Below, piece by piece: positions 37,692-44,865 of a stretch of DNA of 64,000 nt. The stretch covers positions 101,771 through 165,770 of the forward strand of contig CAZYCL010000003.1 in assembly GCA_964645795.1 (NCBI GenBank), in the 5' to 3' direction. The translations under genes were made by a program, and so were the position numbers. This DNA comes from an uncultured Planctomycetales bacterium. Its GTDB lineage: Bacteria > Omnitrophota > Gorgyraeia > Gygaellales > Profunditerraquicolaceae. Position 1 is the first letter of the stretch, and each line of letters opens with the position of its first letter. The notes below the pieces were generated by a model. The model did not search any database. It saw only the letters and a program-made list of their open reading frames with translations, and was not told the DNA's origin.

Positions 37692-37697
37692 TAAGAG

Positions 37698-38051
37698 ATG
37701 GAACAGCAATTACCTGAAGAACGGCGCAAGGCGGTAAGGATCAAGAAGCAGCTTTCGGTGCAGTACCAGGATCTGGACGACCCCCGGATCTGGGACAGGG
37801 CCGATATCAAGGATTTCAGCGAAACGGGGCTGGTTATGGTAGTAGAGAGGAGCTTTGATCCGGATACCTGCCTGCACTTCCGGATCAAGATCCCGCTTGA
37901 TCCTTTTCGCTGGCATGAGTTCCGCGGTAAGGTCGTGGCGAGCGAACACCGTAAGGTCAGGATCCGGATCACCGAGATCGGCGACGAGGCCTTAGGGATG
38001 GTCCGTCAATATATAGCCTGGCACTTGAGTCAGAAGAAACCCCGTGCTTGA
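37698..38051 (+). CDS. Single-domain PilZ c-di-GMP-binding protein
   Basis: 117 aa with RRKAVR (RxxxR) in the N-terminal 15 aa and DFSETGLVM (DxSxxG). Confidence 0.7.
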   Translation: MEQQLPEERRKAVRIKKQLSVQYQDLDDPRIWDRADIKDFSETGLVMVVERSFDPDTCLHFRIKIPLDPFRWHEFRGKVVASEHRKVRIRITEIGDEALGMVRQYIAWHLSQKKPRA

Positions 38052-38071
38052 GCGCGGTTCAATAAAAACAG

Positions 38072-38100
38072 TTGACAAGATGCTCCGGGGTTGGTAAAGT
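38072..38100 (+). promoter_or_regulatory. Candidate promoter for the cobalamin riboswitch/btu-cob operon (-35 TTGACA, 17 nt, -10 TAAAGT)
   Basis: TTGACA at 38072-38077, with a weak -10 at 38095-38100. Confidence 0.35.
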
Positions 38101-38114
38101 ATAAACAAATTTGA

Positions 38115-38285
38115 TTATACGGGTTAGGGAAATCAGTCGAAGTACAAGCTGATGCGGTCCCGCCGCTGTGATCCCGGCCTCCTTGAAAGGGAGGCAGCCT
38201 TTGGAGTTAGTAAAGCCACTGTCCGCCGCAAGCGGGTGGGAAGGCTAACCAATGGCCAAGGAAAGCCAGAAGACCTGCCTGTATA
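38115..38285 (+). promoter_or_regulatory. Cobalamin (AdoCbl-type) riboswitch aptamer
   Basis: Conserved blocks appear in the canonical order: GGGAA...CTG...CCCGCCGCTGTGA (cf. CCCGCAACTGTAA), then the GCCACTG core, then GGGAAGGC, then the B12 box AAGCCAGAAGACCTGCC. It is upstream of btuF. Confidence 0.8.
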
Positions 38286-38329
38286 AAGACGCAAAAGCCT
38301 CGAGGAAAGGGCCAAGTAAATATTTGGGT

Positions 38330-38376
38330 GCAGCCCGATTTCAGTACGAAAGTACGGATCGGGCATTTTTATTTTT
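38330..38376 (+). terminator. Riboswitch expression-platform intrinsic terminator
   Basis: GCCCGAT-TTCAGTACGAAAGTACGG-ATCGGGC followed by ATTTTTATTTTT. The btuF ATG at 38380 follows with only a weak SD. Confidence 0.65.
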
Positions 38377-38379
38377 GAG

Positions 38380-39261
38380 ATGTCAAGAGTTCGCAATATC
38401 CTTTTTTTCATTTTAGTCTTAACAACAACCGTAATCCGGCTATTTGTACTTTGTGATACAGGATCTTGTCATGAGGGGGAAAAAAGCTCGCCCAGATACA
38501 TTTCCCTGGCGCCTTCTACCACCGAAATCCTTTTCGCGCTGGGTCTGGACAAAGAGATAGTGGGGGTAAGCACTTTCTGCGATTACCCGCCGCAAGCAAG
38601 GCATAAGCGTAAAGTGGGCAGTTTCAGCAGCCCCAGCATCGAAACCATTCTTTACCTGAGGCCCGATTACATCTTCTGCACAGGGCTGGAACAGGCGCCG
38701 GCAATAGAAGTCCTAAGGCGCCTGGGTTTAGCGGTATTTGTTTGCGACCCTGCCGGCACAAAAGAGTTGTTTGACTCTATCGCCCAGATCGCAATGATAG
38801 TCGGCAGAGAAACAGAGGGCAAAGAGCTTATAAACAAGATGCGCTCTGAGATAATGACGGTCGCCCGGAAGTCGGAAAATATCCCCGATGAAACAAAATT
38901 GCGGGTTTTCATCGAGATCTGGCATGAGCCTCTGATGACTGCAGGAAAAGGGTCATTTGTGGATGAGCTTATCGGCCTGGCAGGCGGCATAAATATAGCC
39001 CATAATACTATCAGGCCTTACAGCAATTACAGCGCAGAGATGGTGATCAAATCCAACCCACAGGTGATCATCCTGACATACATGGATAAAGAATCGCCGT
39101 TGAAGCTTGTTGAAAACAGGTTCGGTTGGAAAGGTATCGAGGCAATACGGAAGAGGCGCGTATTTAACGATATAAGCTCAAGCCTGCTTTTGAGGCCCGG
39201 GCCAAGGGTTGGCGAAGGGCTCAAGGCCGTCTACGAGAAGCTATATGGAAAGACCGATTAA
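38380..39261 (+). CDS. btuF: Periplasmic cobalamin/corrinoid ABC transporter substrate-binding protein (BtuF-like, class III SBP)
   Basis: 293 aa with a signal/lipoprotein-like N-terminus and a PBP fold typical of BtuF/FhuD. Riboswitch-controlled and followed by FecCD permease and ATPase genes. Confidence 0.75.
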   Translation: MSRVRNILFFILVLTTTVIRLFVLCDTGSCHEGEKSSPRYISLAPSTTEILFALGLDKEIVGVSTFCDYPPQARHKRKVGSFSSPSIETILYLRPDYIFCTGLEQAPAIEVLRRLGLAVFVCDPAGTKELFDSIAQIAMIVGRETEGKELINKMRSEIMTVARKSENIPDETKLRVFIEIWHEPLMTAGKGSFVDELIGLAGGINIAHNTIRPYSNYSAEMVIKSNPQVIILTYMDKESPLKLVENRFGWKGIEAIRKRRVFNDISSSLLLRPGPRVGEGLKAVYEKLYGKTD

Positions 39262-40204
39262 ACGCAATCTGGTTGTCCTGTTTTCTTTATTCTTTTTGGC
39301 CGTGGTCCTTAGCATTACCAACGGCGCGGTCAATATTGCGTTTCCGGAGCTTTTGCGCCAGGACAACAGGCAGATCCTGAATTTAAGGCTTCTAAGGATA
39401 GCCGCGGCAGTGCTTGCGGGAAGCGGATTGGCCGTCTCGGGGATAGCCTTACAGGCCATTCTGCGCAATCCTCTTGCCGAGCCGTATCTTCTGGGGACTT
39501 CCAGCGGAGCGGGGCTGGCATCGGTCAGCGCCGCGATACTCGGGATATCGCGCGTATTCATGCCATTGGCAGCTTTCCTGGGGGCTCTGATCAGCATAAT
39601 CGTCGTCTACGGCCTTAGCCGCGAGCAAGGCAAGGTAACCGAAAAATCGCTTATCCTTTCCGGGGTGATAATTGCCGTTGCGCTTTCCTCGGTCATAGTG
39701 TTTTTGGTGTCGTTATTCGGCAACGAAGCCTTGCATGAGATGAACTGGTGGCTTTGGGGCAGTCTCCAGGTATACGATCTTAAGCTTTTATTTATTGTAA
39801 GTATCCCCGTGCTGGCAGGGATCGCATCTATATATTTATTCGCTCAGGATTTAAACGCTATAAGCCTGGGCGAAGAAGATGCGATACATCTGGGCATAAA
39901 CCCTCAGAAAACCAGAAAGCTTATAATACTGCTTACGGCCCTGATTACCGCCAGCATCGTCTGCGTGTGCGGGATAATCGGTTTTGTGGGGCTGATCGTG
40001 CCCCATATGATGCGTTTCGTGGTGGGGCCAAACCACAGAATACTCATACCTGCTGCAATTATCGCCTCAAGCCTGTTTATGATGCTTTGCGACTTATTGA
40101 GCCGGTCGCTATTCGGGCCCATAGAGATCCCTATCGGAGTGATCACCGCCATTATCGGGGCGCCGGTTTTTGTCTTGCTGCTCAAAAAAAGAAGGCGTAT
40201 CTGA
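39245..40204 (+). CDS. btuC: FecCD-family ABC permease (BtuC-like)
   Basis: Start at the internal Met (MERPIKRNLVVLF...) to limit overlap with btuF. 9-10 TM helices. Motif GIIGFVGLIVPHMMRF. Confidence 0.8.
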   Translation: MERPIKRNLVVLFSLFFLAVVLSITNGAVNIAFPELLRQDNRQILNLRLLRIAAAVLAGSGLAVSGIALQAILRNPLAEPYLLGTSSGAGLASVSAAILGISRVFMPLAAFLGALISIIVVYGLSREQGKVTEKSLILSGVIIAVALSSVIVFLVSLFGNEALHEMNWWLWGSLQVYDLKLLFIVSIPVLAGIASIYLFAQDLNAISLGEEDAIHLGINPQKTRKLIILLTALITASIVCVCGIIGFVGLIVPHMMRFVVGPNHRILIPAAIIASSLFMMLCDLLSRSLFGPIEIPIGVITAIIGAPVFVLLLKKRRRI

Positions 40205-40995
40205 TGCAAACTTTGCTTGAAATAAGGAGAATATGCGGAGGCTACCGCGACTTCAACGTAATAGAAGATGTAAGTCTGTGCGTTAATACGGGTGATATCC
40301 TGGGCATTATCGGCCCTAACGGTTCGGGCAAAACCACATTACTGCGGCTGGCAACGCGGGTATTAAGGCCGTCTTCGGGCAGCCTCTGTCTTTACGGTGA
40401 AGATATTTTTGGTATGAAGCCGAAAGAATTTGCTAAAAAGGTGGCTTTTGTCGGCCAGGATATCAATACCGGTTTTTCGTTTACCGCGCTGGAAGTGGCG
40501 CTCCTGGGAAGAATACCTCACCTGGGCAGGCTGCAGTTTGAAGGTAAAATTGACAGGCGTATCGCGGAAGAATCGCTCGAGCTTACGGATTCCCTCGGGC
40601 TTAGGAACAAATGCGTGGATGAGCTGAGCGCCGGCGAAAGGCAGCGCGTAATCATCGCCCGCGCGCTTGCACAAGAACCAGCGCTATTGCTTTTGGATGA
40701 ACCAACGTCGCATTTGGATATCGGCCATCAGATACAGACGCTCGACCTTCTTAAGCGCTTAAACCGGGCTAAAAATCTTACCATTGCCATGATCCTGCAC
40801 GACCTTAACCTTGCCAGCGCATATTGCAACCGGATCGCGCTCCTCGAAGGCGGCAGGATATTCAAAGAGGGGGATCCCGAAGATGTCCTTACCTATCAGA
40901 ATATTGAATCCGTCTATAAAACGGTTGTCCTGGTAACTAAAAACCAGGTAACCGGAAAGCCCAATGTGATGCTGGTGCCGGGGGAGGCGGCATGA
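40204..40995 (+). CDS. btuD: ABC transporter ATP-binding protein (BtuD/FepC-like)
   Basis: Start at the ATG at 40204, a TGATG overlap with btuC; the track ORF's upstream extension overlaps btuC. Walker A GPNGSGKTT, signature LSAGERQRV, Walker B LLLLDEPTSHLD. Confidence 0.85.
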   Translation: MQTLLEIRRICGGYRDFNVIEDVSLCVNTGDILGIIGPNGSGKTTLLRLATRVLRPSSGSLCLYGEDIFGMKPKEFAKKVAFVGQDINTGFSFTALEVALLGRIPHLGRLQFEGKIDRRIAEESLELTDSLGLRNKCVDELSAGERQRVIIARALAQEPALLLLDEPTSHLDIGHQIQTLDLLKRLNRAKNLTIAMILHDLNLASAYCNRIALLEGGRIFKEGDPEDVLTYQNIESVYKTVVLVTKNQVTGKPNVMLVPGEAA

Positions 40996-41588
40996 CTACG
41001 CGGATTTATCTTATCAGGCACGGACGGACCAGATGGAACAGGTTAAGGCGTTATTGCGGAAGGCTGGATGTACCTCTGAGCCGCGAAGGGGCGTCGCAGG
41101 CAAAAAGGCTTTATCGCTCTCTCAATAGCATCGTATTTGACAGGGTATTCTGCAGCCCCCAGAAACGGGCGCTGCAAACGGCGCGTATCCTATTTGGCAA
41201 ATCCGGTATAACCTGCCTTGACAAATTAAGGGAGATCGATTTTGGAGTTCTCGAAGGCATGCATTATAAGGCTATAATGAAAAAATACGGCAGGGTTTAT
41301 AAAAACTGGATAAGTGATCCTTACAGGCACCGTCTCCCCGGATCGGAACCGATTAACGCTTTCAAGAAAAGGGTGGTCTCGGCGATCAATGGCATCGCCA
41401 GCAAGAATCCGGGCAGAACCGTTGCGGTTATCTGCCACGGCGGGGTGATCGCCATGTTTGTGAGCAACCTGAAAAAAGCGGGTAATTTCTGGCCGTATGT
41501 GCCGAAATCGACAAGCGTTACTGTCGTTGAATACGGTAATGGCAAACCAAAAGTAAAAAAGTTCAACGATATAGATCACCTGGGTTAG
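40992..41588 (+). CDS. cobC: Alpha-ribazole-5'-phosphate phosphatase (CobC, histidine phosphatase family)
   Basis: 198 aa with the RHG motif (IYLIRHGRTRWN) and a second His (ICHGGVI). Confidence 0.75.
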   Translation: MTTRIYLIRHGRTRWNRLRRYCGRLDVPLSREGASQAKRLYRSLNSIVFDRVFCSPQKRALQTARILFGKSGITCLDKLREIDFGVLEGMHYKAIMKKYGRVYKNWISDPYRHRLPGSEPINAFKKRVVSAINGIASKNPGRTVAVICHGGVIAMFVSNLKKAGNFWPYVPKSTSVTVVEYGNGKPKVKKFNDIDHLG

Positions 41589-41625
41589 CCGGTTTTACCA
41601 TTAGCCGCAAAACTGAACAACTATT

Positions 41626-42141
41626 ATGGGTAGATTAATCTTAATTTTGGGGGGAGCGCGAAGCGGTAAAAGCACTTACGCGCTGGAGTTGGCCAAAAAA
41701 CACAAAAAGGTCGCCTTCATCGCTACATGCCAGGGGCTCGATGACGAGATGAAAGAGCGTATCCGGCTGCATCAGCAAGGCCGGCCGAAAGAATGGAAGA
41801 CGTACGAAGAGCCCAAGGACCTTCTTTCGTTGATAAGCAATATCGGCAATGAACACAACTGCATTCTTATAGACTGCCTGACCCTGCTTGTCTCTAATTT
41901 GATCCTGGACGGTTATCAGGAAAATGATATTATCCAAAAGATCAAAGCTATGATAGCGGCCTTAAAACATAGAGACATACCCGTGATCTTGGTTTCTAAC
42001 GAGACGGGATTAGGCATAGTCCCTGATACTAAGCTGGGAAGGGAGTTCAGGGATATCGCCGGCAAAGTAAACCAGGTAGCCGCCGCTGAAGCCGATGAGG
42101 TGTTCTTTATGTTCTGCGGCCTGGCAAGTAAGTTAAAGTAA
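41626..42141 (+). CDS. cobU: Adenosylcobinamide kinase / adenosylcobinamide-phosphate guanylyltransferase
   Basis: 171 aa with P-loop LILGGARSGKS and the CobU-family LIDCLT motif. Confidence 0.8.
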   Translation: MGRLILILGGARSGKSTYALELAKKHKKVAFIATCQGLDDEMKERIRLHQQGRPKEWKTYEEPKDLLSLISNIGNEHNCILIDCLTLLVSNLILDGYQENDIIQKIKAMIAALKHRDIPVILVSNETGLGIVPDTKLGREFRDIAGKVNQVAAAEADEVFFMFCGLASKLK

Positions 42142-42147
42142 TACGCT

Positions 42148-42184
42148 GGGGACGGTTCTGGGGACAGGTCCCAGAACCGTCCCC
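42148..42184. repeat. Perfect 15-bp inverted repeat hairpin (GGGGACGGTTCTGGG-7nt-CCCAGAACCGTCCCC) between cobU and cobT
   Basis: Exact reverse-complement arms at 42148-42162 and 42170-42184. No T-tract follows. Confidence 0.6.
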
Positions 42185-42200
42185 GCAATACGAGGGTCGG

Positions 42201-43262
42201 ATGGGAAGATTGGCATCTATAGTCAGCAATATCGCTTCATTAGACACTGAGGCTATGGACAGGGCTCAAGCCAGGCTTGACTCTTTGACCAAGCCTCTTG
42301 GGAGCCTGGGCAGACTTGAAAGCCTGGCTAAGCAGATCTGCGGGATAACCGCAAAAACAAACCCCTCGCTGACCAACAAGATCATATTTACCCTGGCCGC
42401 AGACCACGGGGTAACGCAGGAAGGCGTAAGCGCGTTTCCTAAGGAAGTGACCGCACAAATGGTCTATAATTTTATCAAAGGGGGAGCGGCAATTAACGTC
42501 CTGGCAAATCATATCAATGCCAAAGTCGTAGTCGTAGATATCGGCGTTTGCTGCGACCTGAAACCCGACCGCAACCTGGCAATAAAGAAGGTTGCCTGCG
42601 GAACCAAGAATATGGCTGACGGGCCCGCAATGTCCAGGGAACAGGCGCTGGAGGCCATAGATGCGGGTTTTGAAGTTTTTGACAGCGAATTCGATCGAGG
42701 CGTAGATATTATCGGTACAGGCGAGATGGGAATAGGCAACACTACCGCTGCAAGCTGCATAACAGCGGTATTTACTAAAAAAACCCCTCAAGAAGTCACT
42801 GGCAGAGGCGCGGGGCTTGATAATAAAGCACTGGAGCACAAAGTTGAAGTCGTGAAAAAAGCGCTCAGGCTCAATGACCCTGACCCCGCAGACCCTCTGG
42901 GCGTGCTATCCAAGGTCGGAGGGCTGGAGATCGCAGGCCTTGTCGGCATAATCCTGGCGGCAGCCGCCAAGAGGGTACCAGTCGTTATAGACGGTTTTAT
43001 TTCCGGCGCGGCAGCGCTAGTTGCCTGCCGGATGGCGCCGAAGGTAAAGGATTTCATGATCGCCGCGCATGTATCAGCCGAAGGCGGCCACAGGTACGCA
43101 CTCGATCATATGGGGCTGAAGCCGCTTTTAGACCTCGATATGAGGCTGGGTGAAGGGACGGGTGCGGCCCTGGCAATAGGATTGTGCGAGGCGGCGCTAA
43201 ATTTATTGACGCAAATGGCGACGTTTGAGAACGCCAAAGTTTCCAAAAGGAGGCCCGGATGA
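42201..43262 (+). CDS. cobT: Nicotinate-nucleotide--dimethylbenzimidazole phosphoribosyltransferase
   Basis: 353 aa, a CobT-family Rossmann-like protein with the conserved GEMGIGNTT motif. Confidence 0.85.
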   Translation: MGRLASIVSNIASLDTEAMDRAQARLDSLTKPLGSLGRLESLAKQICGITAKTNPSLTNKIIFTLAADHGVTQEGVSAFPKEVTAQMVYNFIKGGAAINVLANHINAKVVVVDIGVCCDLKPDRNLAIKKVACGTKNMADGPAMSREQALEAIDAGFEVFDSEFDRGVDIIGTGEMGIGNTTAASCITAVFTKKTPQEVTGRGAGLDNKALEHKVEVVKKALRLNDPDPADPLGVLSKVGGLEIAGLVGIILAAAAKRVPVVIDGFISGAAALVACRMAPKVKDFMIAAHVSAEGGHRYALDHMGLKPLLDLDMRLGEGTGAALAIGLCEAALNLLTQMATFENAKVSKRRPG

Positions 43263-44008
43263 AACCTTTTCTATTGGCGCTGCAGTTTTTGACTATCATC
43301 CCGGTACAGATAAACAAAGTCAAGACCAGGCACATTGCCTCTTCGGTGGCGTATTTCCCTCTGATCGGCATATTCCTGGGCTCATGTCTCATTATTATTA
43401 ACTTCATATTGCAGCGGAGCGGCTTCAACGCCTTGACGGTTGATACTTTGCTGGTAGTCGCGCTTATTGTCCTTACCGGCGGCCTGCATATGGACGGCCT
43501 TGCCGATACTTGTGACGCTTTAGGCAGCGGTAGCGGCAGGGAGAAAATGCTTGAGATCATGCGAGATTCGCGTATCGGGGCAATGGGGGTTTTAGGCATA
43601 ATATGCGTCATCGTATCCAAGATATCCCTGCTTAACAGCATGGATCAGTTTTTGAAACCTTATGCCCTGCTCTTAATGTGTGTTTTAAGCCGCTGGGGCA
43701 TGGTGCTGGAAATGCTGTCTTTTCGCTATGCCAGGCAAGAAGGCAAGGCAAAGGATTACATAGAAGGCGCGGACCTTAAATTTTTTGTTTTGGCAACGAC
43801 GATAACTTTCGTAACGGTCCTGGCTGCTGGAGGGGCCAGAAGCATAATCGCCATGGCAGTCGTCGCCTTGGCGGTTTTTCTTCTAGGGTTGTTCTTTTCA
43901 AAAAAGTTCGGCGGGATCACCGGAGATACGATCGGGGCAGGCAACGAAATTACGGAACTGGTCTCTCTGGTGGCTATTATTGGGGTGCACCAAGGGTGGC
44001 TGGCATGA
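43259..44008 (+). CDS. cobS: Cobalamin-5'-phosphate synthase (adenosylcobinamide-GDP ribazoletransferase)
   Basis: 249 aa polytopic membrane protein with the CobS signature (GGLHMDGLADTCDAL). Confidence 0.85.
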   Translation: MKPFLLALQFLTIIPVQINKVKTRHIASSVAYFPLIGIFLGSCLIIINFILQRSGFNALTVDTLLVVALIVLTGGLHMDGLADTCDALGSGSGREKMLEIMRDSRIGAMGVLGIICVIVSKISLLNSMDQFLKPYALLLMCVLSRWGMVLEMLSFRYARQEGKAKDYIEGADLKFFVLATTITFVTVLAAGGARSIIAMAVVALAVFLLGLFFSKKFGGITGDTIGAGNEITELVSLVAIIGVHQGWLA

Positions 44009-44697
44009 ATGAACAAGTTGCCCTGTCTTCCTGGAGCGGAGGCAAAGACAGCTGTTTGGCATACTTCAAGGCCATAAACAGCGGCGTCCAGGTAAAGGCC
44101 CTTCTTAATTTCATCGGCCGCGAATCGAAGCGAGGCTGTTTTCATGGCCTAGAGGGCAGGCTTCTAAAGTTCCAGGCCGATCTCATAGGGGTTCCTTTGG
44201 TTCAGAAAGAAGTAAGCCCTGATATGAAGATGTATGAAGGCGAGTTCAAGGCTGCGGTTGAGGAGCTCAAGGCCTCCCGGAAAATAAACTCCATGGTTTT
44301 CGGCGATATTTACCTGCTGGAGCACCAAAGCTGGGTTGAAAGGGTATGCTCGGAGCTTGGAATTAAAGCGGTCGAACCTCTCTGGAACAACGATCCGGAA
44401 AAGATTATCGAAGAGTTTTTGGATGCGGGATTTAGGTCCGTCGTGGTCAGTTGCAAGGCCGATGTCATGGGGCGCGAGTTTATCGGCCGCTTTATAGATA
44501 GGGAGATGGTTAAAGACCTCAAGAAACTCCAAATTTGCCCCTGTGGGGAGAAAGGAGAGTACCATACTTTAGTGGTTGATGGGCCGATATTCAAGAAGCG
44601 CATCGAGATCGCCGAATCCGAGGTGATCAAGAAGGAGAGCTTCTGGACGCACTGGTTTTTGGATATCAAGAGGTACGAAGCGGTAGAAAAGAGCTAA
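43996..44697 (+). CDS. PP-loop ATP pyrophosphatase-like protein of the MJ0570/Dph6 (DUF71) family
   Basis: 233 aa with an N-terminal SGGKDS PP-loop. It is the last gene of the riboswitch-controlled btu-cob operon, ending immediately before the second riboswitch. Confidence 0.6.
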   Translation: MAGMNEQVALSSWSGGKDSCLAYFKAINSGVQVKALLNFIGRESKRGCFHGLEGRLLKFQADLIGVPLVQKEVSPDMKMYEGEFKAAVEELKASRKINSMVFGDIYLLEHQSWVERVCSELGIKAVEPLWNNDPEKIIEEFLDAGFRSVVVSCKADVMGREFIGRFIDREMVKDLKKLQICPCGEKGEYHTLVVDGPIFKKRIEIAESEVIKKESFWTHWFLDIKRYEAVEKS

Positions 44698-44714
44698 AAT
44701 AATCGTTAACTATC

Positions 44715-44850
44715 CGTATGTGCGAAGGAACTCCCGGTGTGATCCCGGGGGCTGCCCCGCAACAGTAATTTAGTTCACAGCCCACTGTCAACTGTCAACT
44801 AATTAGCCTGGTCCATCGTACATAACGGAAAGTACCTTCGCGGGAAGGAA
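44715..44850 (+). promoter_or_regulatory. Second, compact cobalamin riboswitch-like element upstream of btuB
   Basis: It has GGTGtgATCC, GCTGCCCCGCAACAGTAA (consensus GCUGnCCCCGCAACUGUAA) and the AGCCCACTG core. A putative P1 pairs GCGAAGG (44730-44736) with CCTTCGC (44837-44843), with the GGAAAGGAG RBS immediately 3'. The 3' B12-box match (AGCCTGGTCC) is weaker. Confidence 0.55.
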
Positions 44851-44865
44851 AGGAGAATATTTATC

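Noticed and set aside
38133-38411. 92-aa minus-strand ORF overlapping the region upstream of btuF.
   Set aside because: It overlaps the cobalamin riboswitch and its terminator on the opposite strand. It has no RBS and is better explained as non-coding regulatory RNA.
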